DNA of 64,000 bases from an uncultured virus (IMG/VR IMGVR_UViG_3300043568_001465) (IMGVR_UViG_3300043568_001465); one strand, 5' to 3'; counted from the stretch's first letter, positions 30,158 through 40,194 are shown. Notes: generated from the sequence alone by a model not told the origin. Program-made: numbers and translations.

Positions 30158-30856
30158 TTAATACTTTAAATGTCTTCCTTGGTCGTCAAAGTAATCATTA
30201 CCACTTTTCTGTCCTTCCATTGTGAAAAGATTGGCATATCCCTTTAATCGTTTTCTTTTTAGTTTATTACCCATCTTCCATAAGCAAAATGGTAAACTGA
30301 TTTGATCCCTAGACGAGAATTTAGAAATCTGTTCCCACCACATTAGTTGAAATTCTTTTGTTGCGTTAGTTGTTTTAACTATAAATGTCGACATCTCGTA
30401 CAACCCCAACTTCTCAGGTACCCCTAACGACTTATAATATCTAAATTGCAACTCAACTAACTCACGATAATCTAATTGCCACTGAGCAACAGCTTGCATT
30501 TCTTCATAGGTACACTTCCTATCTGGATGTTTAAATAAAAGAATATCATTGTCATCTCCGTACTCGTCAATTATAAGTTGTGGGTTCATCTTTAATTGAT
30601 GATTACCATCTTCCCATATTATGTATTCATACTGTGGGAACATTATTGCTGATAATATTTTATACGTTTTAGCATTTCTTCTATTAATGTATTTGTCTAA
30701 GGATGAGAATTTTAAAACCGGTCTTTGTTCCCAAACTTTAACATCGTATTCTTTATCAACAAATGCTATGTAATCACAGTTATCAAAAACTTGAGGTGGA
30801 TCTATTAGTTTATCCTTACCGTCTGTGATAGATGTTAAAACTAAAAATTTTTTCAT
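30158..30856 (-). CDS. DUF616 (TOD1/MUCI70)-like glycosyltransferase
   Basis: IWEDGN, HPDRKCTYEE, RDQISLP. Confidence 0.7.
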   Translation of the reverse strand: MKKFLVLTSITDGKDKLIDPPQVFDNCDYIAFVDKEYDVKVWEQRPVLKFSSLDKYINRRNAKTYKILSAIMFPQYEYIIWEDGNHQLKMNPQLIIDEYGDDNDILLFKHPDRKCTYEEMQAVAQWQLDYRELVELQFRYYKSLGVPEKLGLYEMSTFIVKTTNATKEFQLMWWEQISKFSSRDQISLPFCLWKMGNKLKRKRLKGYANLFTMEGQKSGNDYFDDQGRHLKY

Positions 30857-31473
30857 ATTGAATTATAGTACTTATTTTGTTTTTCTTGCTTTGAAATTGT
30901 TTTGTGATGTTGGATGCAATATACAGAATTTGTTGGTAATGTTGAAAAATTCTGTCCACCAATAATCTTCTCATGAACTCTGCCATACCAAGACATATGT
31001 TTTCTATAAACTCTGCCTTGCCAATCAGGAAAGTTAACATAGTTGTTTTCATCTAAGCGCCACCCCCATTGTTTAATATGTTCTTCAGTTAAACCTTGAA
31101 CTGTATTAATTCTTGGTACAAATATAAGGTCAACCTTGGGATTCATTTCTAATATGGTACTAATATTTTTAACCATATATTCATCAATCATCTCATCTGC
31201 ATCTAATTGAAACACATAGTCCCCAGTACAGTAATCATTTAATTTATTTTTCCAATCGGCAAAGTCATTATTCCAATCAATACTTCTCCAGGTTTGAACA
31301 TTTGGTTTAATGTTAAATGGTAATAAGAAATCTAAAACTTCTTTGGAACCATTCTTCTCATCAAATAAAATCACAATCTCATCTTCAATTCTTTTATTCT
31401 CTAAAAGAAAAGGTACTAATCTTTTAATTTCATCTAACTCATTACAAACTGTTATGGCAAAACTTATTTTCAA
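30853..31473 (-). CDS. Glycosyltransferase family 2
   Basis: ITVCNE, FQLDADE, PDWQGR, GRVHE. Confidence 0.85.
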   Translation of the reverse strand: MKISFAITVCNELDEIKRLVPFLLENKRIEDEIVILFDEKNGSKEVLDFLLPFNIKPNVQTWRSIDWNNDFADWKNKLNDYCTGDYVFQLDADEMIDEYMVKNISTILEMNPKVDLIFVPRINTVQGLTEEHIKQWGWRLDENNYVNFPDWQGRVYRKHMSWYGRVHEKIIGGQNFSTLPTNSVYCIQHHKTISKQEKQNKYYNSI

Positions 31474-32735
31474 TTGATTTTTTCTAATTTAGGTAGAACT
31501 AATTTAGTCATTTTTGGTTGACTTACCAAATTTTCAACCATATTTTTTAACTTATTCTTCATCGCCTCAAAACTAAAATTGGTATGGTTTTGTTCTCTTA
31601 ATTTTTCAGAACGTTCTGTGAAAGTGTCATAATCTTTGTGTACTATTTTAATCACTTGAGAAAACTCGTCATAATTTGCTGTGAACCACTTTGAATCCGC
31701 AAGGACGTAACTATCAACTGCACTTTGATGTACGGGTGTTAGTGAACCCCCGATTAAGATCGCTTTATCAATCGGTAGGAAATCTCTATGACCAGACCAA
31801 TTAGATGCTATGATTGGCTTTCCCGTCATTGAGAACTCTAACAACGGTCTACCAAACCCTTCCCCTTTCGTTAACGATACCATTGATTTAACTTTTGGAT
31901 GGTTATAAAGATTATTCATTTCATCGTCCGTAAGTTCGCCAAAAATTAAATAAACCGATGGTGGATTCTCAATACCAGCAACAACTCCCTCGATTTTCTT
32001 ACGCATCTCTTCTCTAGCTTTAACTGAGAAATTTGTTGATGATGTTTTAAGAATTAGTGCTGGTTTATTTTCGTGTTCACCTTTAAATGTTTCACAAAAA
32101 ACTTTTATCAACATCCCCACATCCTTTCTATCTTGACCTGTAGAACCTTTTAACCAATGCCCAACAAACAAGTAACAGAAATCTTCTTTTACATTGATTT
32201 TCAATGGTTTATTTAATTTTGTTAATGTGTTTTTATAAATCGAAGTATCAACACCCTCAAATAGCACCTCAATGTTTTTTGTGATTCTATGTTGTTTAAC
32301 TAACTTACCAGTATTATTTTCGTTCTCGTTATAAACGGTTGAAACTAAAACCTCTTTAGAAAAATTAGAGGTTACAATAATTGAATCCATCCTATTGCAA
32401 CCATCAATCCAATCTTTTGGTGCTATGGTTGTTTCAATACCCGCCGTAATTCCTATGTTGTATTTGCCGACTGGGTTGAATTCATTCGGAACTGTTACCT
32501 GAACATAAACATCTGGTGTTGCATTGGTTGAATTAATTATGTTATTCTCAATCCAAATATGGAATGGTTTGTTTTTGTTTAATGCGGTCATTGGCGTTAC
32601 ACCCCAAGCACAACTATCGATTTTAATATCAAATAAATCTAATTCGTACAATGCTTGTAAAATATCTCTTGAATGAGCACCATAACCACTCATGGTTTTT
32701 ACCGGCCCTCTAAATAATAAAAATGGTTTACTCAT
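31470..32735 (-). CDS. Glycosyltransferase family 4-like
   Basis: SGYGAHSR, DRKDV, KGEGFGRPLLEF, SNWSGH. Confidence 0.85.
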   Translation of the reverse strand: MSKPFLLFRGPVKTMSGYGAHSRDILQALYELDLFDIKIDSCAWGVTPMTALNKNKPFHIWIENNIINSTNATPDVYVQVTVPNEFNPVGKYNIGITAGIETTIAPKDWIDGCNRMDSIIVTSNFSKEVLVSTVYNENENNTGKLVKQHRITKNIEVLFEGVDTSIYKNTLTKLNKPLKINVKEDFCYLFVGHWLKGSTGQDRKDVGMLIKVFCETFKGEHENKPALILKTSSTNFSVKAREEMRKKIEGVVAGIENPPSVYLIFGELTDDEMNNLYNHPKVKSMVSLTKGEGFGRPLLEFSMTGKPIIASNWSGHRDFLPIDKAILIGGSLTPVHQSAVDSYVLADSKWFTANYDEFSQVIKIVHKDYDTFTERSEKLREQNHTNFSFEAMKNKLKNMVENLVSQPKMTKLVLPKLEKIN

Positions 32736-34081
32736 ATTACTTTATATAATTCAAATCTTTTTCTTGGTTTATATTTTTTTAATGTTGTTTCAATACCATC
32801 TATAATACCATCACACATTATTTTTGATGATAGGTTTTGTATCGCGAACTCACGACCCTCTAACCCAACTTCTTTTCTTTTTTCTTTACCCTGTTTGTAT
32901 ACCGTATAAATTGCTTCAGCAACATCATCATCATTCACTCTGTCGTCAAAAATATATGGCGTGAGCGGTGATCCGTTAAGGTTAATAGCCGCCGGCCAAA
33001 CAGGAACAACCCAGCTACCTGGAACAGCATCCTTTGTTTTATGTAAGGTTTTTATATTGATGTAATCATCAGCGGTATAGTCAAAACCACATTGGTCTTG
33101 TAAACCACCGGTAACACTAACAATAATAGGTGTTCCAGCCATAATACTTTCTGCTGTTGCCAAACCAAAACCTTCATTATTTGCTATATTAATTGTACAA
33201 TCAGATAAATTATATATTTGATTTAATGTGTCCTGTTCTATTTTTGTGTTAGTGAACCTAACATCATAGTTTGGACACAACGCATCAACCACTGCTAATA
33301 AATCGGTTCCATTGTTATCTACTGGTGTTGTATGCATTAATAGTAAACATTTATTAGCTTCCTCTTTCGTTAATTTATCACAAAAAGTATTAAATGAATA
33401 TATGACATCAGATGGTTGCTTTCTTCTAATATTTCTATTATTAAAGAATAATATAAAATCATATTCCTTACCACCTAAAATTGTTTTAGTTAGTTGTTCA
33501 TCAATTACATCCAACGGCTTAAATACGTTTGGGTTAATACCGTGTGGAACATATGATACTTGCCAATCTTCGAATTGTGATTGTGTTGCTTTAGTGTTGA
33601 TAGCCCCAACTCGCTTAACAATACCGTATGTTTGTTTAGAAATGCAACCAATCCAGTCACAGCTTTCATACGAATCTTTATTATATTTAGGATCTGGTAA
33701 ATCATCCCAAACATGGTAATATAAAATAGGGACCTGTTGTCTAATTTCATGCTCATTATCATATAACCATTGCCAGTAATGTGGATCGGTAAAATGTAGT
33801 ATTGCATCTGGTTTTTCAAGTTCAATAATTCTTCTCAACATCGCAATATCACCGTAACCATTATATGTGTAAATTTTTGCACACGCATCTTCAATACCAG
33901 TTCTTTTCCTAATGTCATCATTTAAATCTATAATCTTACCATTTTCTGGATGTGATATAGCGGCTCCTAATTGTACCCAATCAAATTTATGAATGGTTCC
34001 TAATACAATCTCTTTTGACATTGTTGAAATCCCAGAGGTCATTCTAATGTCATCAGATAATAATAATATCTTCTTCTTCAT
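32732..34081 (-). CDS. Glycosyltransferase family 4-like
   Basis: YVPHG, RNIRRK, NEGFGLATAESIMAGTP, TGGLQDQ. Confidence 0.85.
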   Translation of the reverse strand: MKKKILLLSDDIRMTSGISTMSKEIVLGTIHKFDWVQLGAAISHPENGKIIDLNDDIRKRTGIEDACAKIYTYNGYGDIAMLRRIIELEKPDAILHFTDPHYWQWLYDNEHEIRQQVPILYYHVWDDLPDPKYNKDSYESCDWIGCISKQTYGIVKRVGAINTKATQSQFEDWQVSYVPHGINPNVFKPLDVIDEQLTKTILGGKEYDFILFFNNRNIRRKQPSDVIYSFNTFCDKLTKEEANKCLLLMHTTPVDNNGTDLLAVVDALCPNYDVRFTNTKIEQDTLNQIYNLSDCTINIANNEGFGLATAESIMAGTPIIVSVTGGLQDQCGFDYTADDYINIKTLHKTKDAVPGSWVVPVWPAAINLNGSPLTPYIFDDRVNDDDVAEAIYTVYKQGKEKRKEVGLEGREFAIQNLSSKIMCDGIIDGIETTLKKYKPRKRFELYKVI

Positions 34082-34084
34082 TAA

Positions 34085-34282
34085 TTAAAACTTTTTCTCT
34101 GACCCATGATTTATTTTATGTGAGTTTACTTTAACCCTAAAACTCTCATCACAATTGTATAAATCCATTGCTCTATTTACTAATTTCTGTAAGTTTATTG
34201 AACCGTCAATTACTTCAATCTTAAATTTTTTGTATAAGTCGTCAATGACGTGTACCGTAGTTAGTTTTGTTTTTGTTTTCAT
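34085..34282 (-). CDS. Small hypothetical protein (possible ribbon-helix-helix fold)
   Basis: KLTTVHV..DLYKKFK....NLQKLVNRAM; first gene of the minus-strand operon. Confidence 0.5.
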   Translation of the reverse strand: MKTKTKLTTVHVIDDLYKKFKIEVIDGSINLQKLVNRAMDLYNCDESFRVKVNSHKINHGSEKKF

Positions 34283-34314
34283 AATATATGTATATCAATA
34301 TATATCCTTATGGC

Positions 34315-34340
34315 AAAAAAAAGGGGAGTTAACCCCTCTT
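34315..34340 (-). terminator. Rho-independent terminator
   Basis: Minus strand reads AGGGG-TTAACT-CCCCT followed by a T run, directly after the stop of 34339-34491. Confidence 0.7.
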
Positions 34341-34491
34341 AATTTCCTGATTTAGTTGCCATTTCTTTTAGCACAGCGCTAATTTTAATTACTTGATCTG
34401 AAGTTGTGTTTTCAGGTAGTGGCACCGAAGTTACTTGTGGTGTTTGTTGTGTTGTAACCGGGTTGTTCTTTTTTTTGCATCCGCAGGCCAT
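34339..34491 (-). CDS. 50-aa protein starting MACGCKKK (not in ORF track)
   Basis: Clean ORF followed immediately by a terminator. Confidence 0.6.
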   Translation of the reverse strand: MACGCKKKNNPVTTQQTPQVTSVPLPENTTSDQVIKISAVLKEMATKSGN

Positions 34492-34557
34492 ATTTTTTGT
34501 GTTTTAAATAATTTTATTTATGTTCTATAATAACGATTTTTATTTTTATTTTAAATA

Positions 34558-34905
34558 TTAAACTGGATTTTTTTTCGTACCTAGATATAGGTTTGCGTAG
34601 TCCCCAGGTTTCCACCCATCACAGGTACCGGCCGGAAATTCAAAAACCATATTACCTGACGCTGTGTAGTGCTGACAATCTTCATCAGAACATGGTTGAC
34701 AATCATTAAACACCTTTGTTACCCTATCATTAGTAACAAAAACGATATCTAATGGTATCAAACAATCCTTCATCCAAAATGAATGAAAACCTTTTTTGAG
34801 TTTAAAACCCATACACCCATCCAAGGACTCCCTACCCATCATACCCTGTTGGATATCTTGAGAAAATTCAACCTGAAAGGTTTTACCGTTAACAGTTAAT
34901 TCCAT
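34558..34905 (-). CDS. DUF192-family protein
   Basis: QGMMGR, FWMKDCLIPLDIVF, VFEFPAG; start reassigned to ATG 34905. Confidence 0.8.
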   Translation of the reverse strand: MELTVNGKTFQVEFSQDIQQGMMGRESLDGCMGFKLKKGFHSFWMKDCLIPLDIVFVTNDRVTKVFNDCQPCSDEDCQHYTASGNMVFEFPAGTCDGWKPGDYANLYLGTKKNPV

Positions 34906-34928
34906 AACAATAAATATTAGGTATTTTT

Positions 34929-34959
34929 TTTGTTTTTTAAATAATTTCCCATATATTAG
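34929..34959 (+). promoter_or_regulatory. Bacteroidota-type promoter
   Basis: TTTG-N19-TATATTAG, 4 nt before ATG 34964. Confidence 0.55.
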
Positions 34960-34963
34960 CCCC

Positions 34964-35200
34964 ATGGTATCAATATTTGGAGGTTTATTAGAGTTAAAAG
35001 ACGAAAACCAATTAACTGGTTTAGCTGATAATTTAGACACAAAAATGGCTGTTAAGCTGTTAGAATTTGCGTTGGAAAATTGTACAGATAAATTCACATT
35101 ATTTGAGAACCATTTGATTTACAAGTGTTTAGAAACAATTAAATATGAAAATAAGACAAGTAACTTACGTAATGATGATCCTAACGGGGATTCTAATTGA
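34964..35200 (+). CDS. Hypothetical protein
   Basis: ORF directly after a promoter motif. Confidence 0.55.
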   Translation: MVSIFGGLLELKDENQLTGLADNLDTKMAVKLLEFALENCTDKFTLFENHLIYKCLETIKYENKTSNLRNDDPNGDSN

Positions 35201-35318
35201 GCGGTACGGAATTAAGGGCGCTGACCCAGATATAGTTAAATACTTTGGATATGGTGCCATATCTTTGGGTTCGTTTAACATTATATTAGATTATATTCGA
35301 AAACCTAAAAATAAATAA
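35145..35318 (+). CDS. 57-aa membrane protein (not in ORF track)
   Basis: MKIRQVTYVMMILTGILIE...; two hydrophobic segments; stop abuts ATG 35320. Confidence 0.5.
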   Translation: MKIRQVTYVMMILTGILIERYGIKGADPDIVKYFGYGAISLGSFNIILDYIRKPKNK

Positions 35319-35319
35319 C

Positions 35320-35610
35320 ATGGACTTAACAGCGGAAATGGAGAATTACAACAAGGTTAAAGACATAGTACTGAACAAATTAGTAAGCGAAGGTTTACTA
35401 GACCAATCAGATTCGGAAGAATTTTCTGAAAGATGTCAGGTTTTAGCTTACAAAGGTAAATGGTTTAGTAAATGGTTTGATAAGAACGTAAAGTCAGAAA
35501 ACTCGGATGCAAATCCTAATGGCTATTATATTCGTATAATCGAAATGAAAGAAAAAGAAGATGAAGTTGATAGGTTATTAAGAAGAACAACTGGCAATTA
35601 TGACGAATAA
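35320..35610 (+). CDS. Hypothetical protein
   Basis: Coupled ORF. Confidence 0.55.
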   Translation: MDLTAEMENYNKVKDIVLNKLVSEGLLDQSDSEEFSERCQVLAYKGKWFSKWFDKNVKSENSDANPNGYYIRIIEMKEKEDEVDRLLRRTTGNYDE

Positions 35611-35806
35611 AAAAGTATATCAAAAGGATTTTTTTATTTATAAAAAAAAGCATCACTGGTTTATTATACCAACAATTGTTTTTTTTTACAATAAAACAGA
35701 ATTTCTTGAAACCGGAGTTACATCACCATCTTGGGGTTTAACTATAAGGTGGTTAACTTATATGATGGGGATTCAAATACAAGAAACATATGGACATGGA
35801 AAATAG
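35600..35806 (+). CDS. Hypothetical protein
   Basis: Coupled ORF. Confidence 0.5.
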   Translation: MTNKKVYQKDFFIYKKKHHWFIIPTIVFFYNKTEFLETGVTSPSWGLTIRWLTYMMGIQIQETYGHGK

Positions 35807-36164
35807 AGATACAAGTGTATTAACATTTGGGGCAATTGTTTCCCTATTTGGTGTGTTAGTTTCGTTAATGTATTTTAACGATAAACCCACATCCGTTGTA
35901 ACAACAAACATATGTAAGGAAGATTCGTTAATAAATTTAGTCAACGAATTACGAATGGATTTGAAAATGCAATCAGATGGGTTTGATTATAAAGAAAAAA
36001 GATATTCTGAAATTTTATTTGAATATGAATATGGGGTTGACCATTTAAAAAATTATCAACCACAGGCATATAGAGAGTTTCATAGAATTTTATCCCATAA
36101 AGAAAATTTCAGCAGACAAGACGAACAAGATAATATAAAAAGGTTAGAAACACCAAAATGGTAA
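35790..36164 (+). CDS. Membrane-anchored hypothetical protein
   Basis: N-terminal TM helix followed by a soluble helical region. Confidence 0.55.
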   Translation: MDMENRDTSVLTFGAIVSLFGVLVSLMYFNDKPTSVVTTNICKEDSLINLVNELRMDLKMQSDGFDYKEKRYSEILFEYEYGVDHLKNYQPQAYREFHRILSHKENFSRQDEQDNIKRLETPKW

Positions 36165-37351
36165 ACATGAATACATTGGATTCCAAATATCAAGACCTAT
36201 TGCAGGACATTTTAGATAACGGAGTTGTTAAAACAGATAGAACTGGAACTGGTACGATATCGGTATTCGGTAGACAAATTAAACATAAAATGTCACAAGG
36301 GTTTCCATTACTTACAACCAAGAAAATAGCGTGGAAGACAATGGTAACGGAGTTGTTATGGTTCCTTAAAGGAGAAACCAACATTAAGTATCTTGTTGAT
36401 AATGGGTGTTATATTTGGAATGGTGATGCTTATAAGAACTACACTAAAGAAGTAAATGTTCTTATTGATGGTTATATGTGCGGTGATATAATGGGGATGC
36501 AATCACATATTGAAGATATGTTTAGCAACCCTGATGATTTAACACCATTAACTCAAGAAGAATTTATTGAGTTAATAAAAACAAATGATGAGTTCGCAAA
36601 AACATGGGGTGATTTAGGACCAATCTACGGTAAACAATGGAGAAGGTGGAGAGAAGGTGAGTACACTACTCCCTTAGGGTTAGATGGCCCTTCAATATGG
36701 AAAGAAGGTATAGACCAAATTCAAAACTTAATCAATGAACTAAAAACAAATCCTGATAATAGAAGATTAATAGTATCTGCTTGGAATGTAGGTGAATTAG
36801 ACCAAATGGTTTTACCACCTTGTCATTATGGATTTCAAGTATACACTAGAAAATTAACAGGTGAAGAGATGTGGGATTTATTAAAAAAGAAAGTTGGGGA
36901 AGATAAATTTAAATCTATGGTTGATGATGTTGTACCATTTGGTGGTGGGTTAAGTGAGGAATTAGAATCCCATAAGATACCTAAACGAGCAATATCATTA
37001 ATGTGGAACCAACGTTCAGTCGATACATTCTTAGGTTTACCATTCAATATTGCATCATATGGTTTGTTATTAGAGATTCTTGCAAATGAAGTTAATATGA
37101 CACCAGAAGACCTAATAGGTAACTTAGGAGATGTTCATTTGTATTCTAATCACATTGAACAAGCTAAAGAACAAATTGGTAGAGAACCATATAAGAATTT
37201 ACCAACATTAAAGTTTAGTCCAATACAATTGGCACATTTTGAGCATCATATGGACACATTTGATACCTATATAAAAGAATCTCAGCCATATCAATTCATA
37301 ATTGAGGGTTACGAATCACACCCGTCAATAAAAGCGCCATTAAGTAATTAA
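36158..37351 (+). CDS. thyA: Thymidylate synthase with two insertions
   Basis: DRTGTGT, FPLLTTKK, ELLWFL, GPIYGKQWR, RRLIVSAWN, LPPCH, QRSVD..LGLPFNIASY, GDVHLYSNH. Confidence 0.95.
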   Translation: MVNMNTLDSKYQDLLQDILDNGVVKTDRTGTGTISVFGRQIKHKMSQGFPLLTTKKIAWKTMVTELLWFLKGETNIKYLVDNGCYIWNGDAYKNYTKEVNVLIDGYMCGDIMGMQSHIEDMFSNPDDLTPLTQEEFIELIKTNDEFAKTWGDLGPIYGKQWRRWREGEYTTPLGLDGPSIWKEGIDQIQNLINELKTNPDNRRLIVSAWNVGELDQMVLPPCHYGFQVYTRKLTGEEMWDLLKKKVGEDKFKSMVDDVVPFGGGLSEELESHKIPKRAISLMWNQRSVDTFLGLPFNIASYGLLLEILANEVNMTPEDLIGNLGDVHLYSNHIEQAKEQIGREPYKNLPTLKFSPIQLAHFEHHMDTFDTYIKESQPYQFIIEGYESHPSIKAPLSN

Positions 37352-37352
37352 C

Positions 37353-37592
37353 ATGTTTATCCACATTACACCAGATGAACTAGAACCTGAATTTAGAGAA
37401 TCCTGGAAATTAGGATTTATAAGTCAGCCATCAATTGATTATGCTGATAACGCAATATACGCAAACTTTGAGGGTAAACTAGTTACAATATTCAGGTTTA
37501 AACAATATGGTTGGATAAACGATAATAGGTCTAATACATATAAAGTGAGTGCAGGATCTGCCGGAATCACTATTAACATAGTAAAATCATGA
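37353..37592 (+). CDS. Hypothetical protein
   Basis: Coupled ORF. Confidence 0.55.
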   Translation: MFIHITPDELEPEFRESWKLGFISQPSIDYADNAIYANFEGKLVTIFRFKQYGWINDNRSNTYKVSAGSAGITINIVKS

Positions 37593-38080
37593 AAGAAAAA
37601 ATAAAAGAAATTATTATATTAATAATAGTACTGTTATTGTTAACAGTGTCAGCATTTAGTCAAAATCAGTTTGACGATTACGTTAACAATTTAAAAGAGA
37701 AACCAATTAAATTGACACCACTATCTTCATTTGTTATGAGTTGGTATGGTGTTAAATATAAGTTAGGTGGCAGCACTAAAAGTGGTATTGATTGTTCACA
37801 ATTTACCAAGAAATTGTATTGGGAAGTATACGGTAGAAAACTAGGTAACAACTGTGCGGAACAATGGAAACAAACAAAGAGAATTGAAAAAGACAGTTTA
37901 CTTGTCGGTGATATTATATTCTTTAGAAGTACCCAAAGTCCAAGTGGTTGGCATTGTGGATTGTATTTAGGTAACAGTACATTTGCTCACGCGGCAAATA
38001 GAAATGAAGGGGTCAAAATAAGTAGTTTATTCGAACCCCGTTACTTTAAATCATATAAAGGCGCTGGACGCCTTAATTAA
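37589..38080 (+). CDS. NlpC/P60 cell-wall peptidase with signal peptide
   Basis: YKLGG...GIDCS, GDIIFF, HCGLY, FAHA. Confidence 0.9.
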   Translation: MKEKIKEIIILIIVLLLLTVSAFSQNQFDDYVNNLKEKPIKLTPLSSFVMSWYGVKYKLGGSTKSGIDCSQFTKKLYWEVYGRKLGNNCAEQWKQTKRIEKDSLLVGDIIFFRSTQSPSGWHCGLYLGNSTFAHAANRNEGVKISSLFEPRYFKSYKGAGRLN

Positions 38081-38208
38081 CGACCTTGTCCTTGATATCT
38101 TTTTGGTTTTTGAGCTTTTGGACCGTAACCTTTTTTAGCTTTACCTCTACGCTTTTTACCAAAACTAATCTTTATTGAATTGCTAGAAGAACCTTTTGCC
38201 TTTGCCAT
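38077..38208 (-). CDS. 43-aa highly basic peptide ending RYQGQGR (not in ORF track)
   Basis: MAKAKGSSSNSIKISFGKKRRGKAKKGYGPKAQKPKRYQGQGR*; TATTTAT upstream on the minus strand (38224-38230). Confidence 0.65.
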   Translation of the reverse strand: MAKAKGSSSNSIKISFGKKRRGKAKKGYGPKAQKPKRYQGQGR

Positions 38209-38283
38209 AATACATTTTTAAAAATAAATAGTTTTTTTTTCTTTTTTTTCATTAATTTTGTTTTAACATCATAAAACACAAAT

Positions 38284-40194
38284 ATGGAGGACGTATTAAC
38301 ACAAAGAATAAATTATGCGGAAATCATACCATATCGCAATTACTGTCGATTAGATGATAAAAAATTAGATAATTTGGGTGTTTTTAACAATTCGTTAGAT
38401 TCCCTAGACGATGATGTTTTTGAATCAGCAATTAGTAAAGCAACTAAAATTATTAATGGGGGTGGTGATGATAGATGGAGTCATATTTTACCCAGTAAAA
38501 CGGTTGGTCGAATTGTTGATTTACCTGAAAAAAGAGGTAAAAGAAAAGTCAATTTTTTCACTAGTAGTTTAGTTGGTTTAGAAGAAAGAATAGAAATAAA
38601 CTACGCCGGGAAACTAGGGAATACATCTTTTTTTACAACAAAAAATAGGCACATTGTTGACCATTTTGCAAATTCTTTTTCAGAAATTGTAATCCATACG
38701 TTTGAACGTTCTATTAGATTACACGGCGAAAAAATTACTATAAAAATATATCATCAAATTAAAAGTCGGAGGTTTAACAACATCTACTTTAAGAAAAGTT
38801 TTTATGTTTACTCTATAACTTTTAATATTAGAACCGGAAATTTTACAACTTTGATAATGCAAAAAAGTGCAAAGATTAGTAGTAAACAATTTAGAACTAA
38901 TTGTTTTTTTTCTTTACATTCAATTTTATCAAAAGATAATGGACTCATATCTAATCATAATAGCTATGACAAAATGATTGAACATAAAACAAAAACCGAA
39001 ATTCTTCAAAAACTTGACAACAAAATATTTTGCCAAAAGATTAATGAGGTTCTTGACTTAGGTTCACCGAACCCCGAATCCTGGATAAAAAATAATGATG
39101 ATTTAATTAAAAGGGTCATTGAAAAATTTGTGTTAGTTAAAAAAATAAAAGTACCAAACGATTATCAAAAACTTTTAATTTCTTCGTACCCGACCGAAAA
39201 GTATTTAAAAAAGAATGATAGAAAATTAGTGGCATCAGTCCTTGATTTATTTAAAATAAAATCAAAAATAACAATTAAAATTCTACATTTAAATCCCAAT
39301 ATTCGCGTTGATTTGTTAGCTAATTTATGTTTTCTATTTGGTAAAGATTTTTCAAAATACGTTGCAAACATAGTTGATGAATTTTTTATGGATTCAAATC
39401 TTCACAGGGTTAGAAATTTACACACACCCATTTCAAAAGTAAAACCTAGTACTCAATTTGATTATGGAGTGTTTAATCTTTTTGACATTGAAAAGGAAAA
39501 CTTAGTTAAACTTTTAAACACTAAACCAGAAGATGATATATCTGATACTATCGATTTAATTAATGACCATTTTAATATGATTAAAAAGGTTAGAGATTAT
39601 GTACCAGAGACATCTCTTAAAGCAAAAAATTGGAATGACTTTAGGGCTGAACACAGTGAGTTGACTAAAATAATTAGCACCATTAAAAAGGGTTGGGTTA
39701 TAGAATATCTGTTCAACCCTAAAATGGTTAAAAAAGTTGAAGAAACAATAGTTTCAAGAATGTCTGAGGATAATTTTTATTTAATCGAACATTACCCACA
39801 CATATTAAAACGTGAGGAAGAATATATCGAAGAGGGTAGTCATATGCATCATTGTGTTGCAACTTATGCTGATAAAAACAGATCAATAATAATTTCGTTA
39901 AGAAATAAAAATGGTACGGATAGGGTAACGTCTGAGTACGATACACAAACTGGCACTTGTTTACAATCAAGATATTATTGCAACGCAAAACCGCCTGAAG
40001 AATATCTAAATGCGTTAGAAATTCTATCAGAACGTGTTGAGACATTTGCTAGATTAGGGATGCTTCATTCAACCGATATAAAGAAAGTTCCAGTAATGAT
40101 AAATGGTGTTGAGGTTACTAGTTTACCAATTCATACTGCTGGTGGTGGTGTTTTCCATATTAACGCGGATATGAGAATTCCTTTACCATTCTAA
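38284..40194 (+). CDS. PcfJ-like domain protein
   Basis: C-terminal EEGSHMHHCVATYA, IISLR, RVTSEY, QSRYYCNAKP. Confidence 0.7.
   Translation: MEDVLTQRINYAEIIPYRNYCRLDDKKLDNLGVFNNSLDSLDDDVFESAISKATKIINGGGDDRWSHILPSKTVGRIVDLPEKRGKRKVNFFTSSLVGLEERIEINYAGKLGNTSFFTTKNRHIVDHFANSFSEIVIHTFERSIRLHGEKITIKIYHQIKSRRFNNIYFKKSFYVYSITFNIRTGNFTTLIMQKSAKISSKQFRTNCFFSLHSILSKDNGLISNHNSYDKMIEHKTKTEILQKLDNKIFCQKINEVLDLGSPNPESWIKNNDDLIKRVIEKFVLVKKIKVPNDYQKLLISSYPTEKYLKKNDRKLVASVLDLFKIKSKITIKILHLNPNIRVDLLANLCFLFGKDFSKYVANIVDEFFMDSNLHRVRNLHTPISKVKPSTQFDYGVFNLFDIEKENLVKLLNTKPEDDISDTIDLINDHFNMIKKVRDYVPETSLKAKNWNDFRAEHSELTKIISTIKKGWVIEYLFNPKMVKKVEETIVSRMSEDNFYLIEHYPHILKREEEYIEEGSHMHHCVATYADKNRSIIISLRNKNGTDRVTSEYDTQTGTCLQSRYYCNAKPPEEYLNALEILSERVETFARLGMLHSTDIKKVPVMINGVEVTSLPIHTAGGGVFHINADMRIPLPF

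Noticed and set aside
34906..35097. N-terminal extensions in the ORF track (34558-35097, 47192-48019, 46361, 57594, 60834, 602)
   Set aside because: They overlap neighbouring genes or promoter motifs; downstream ATGs coincide with the domain starts.
36158..37351. Intein or intron in thyA, or a dCMP hydroxymethylase
   Set aside because: The inserts are short, in frame and lack splicing motifs; the dUMP-specific Asn is retained.
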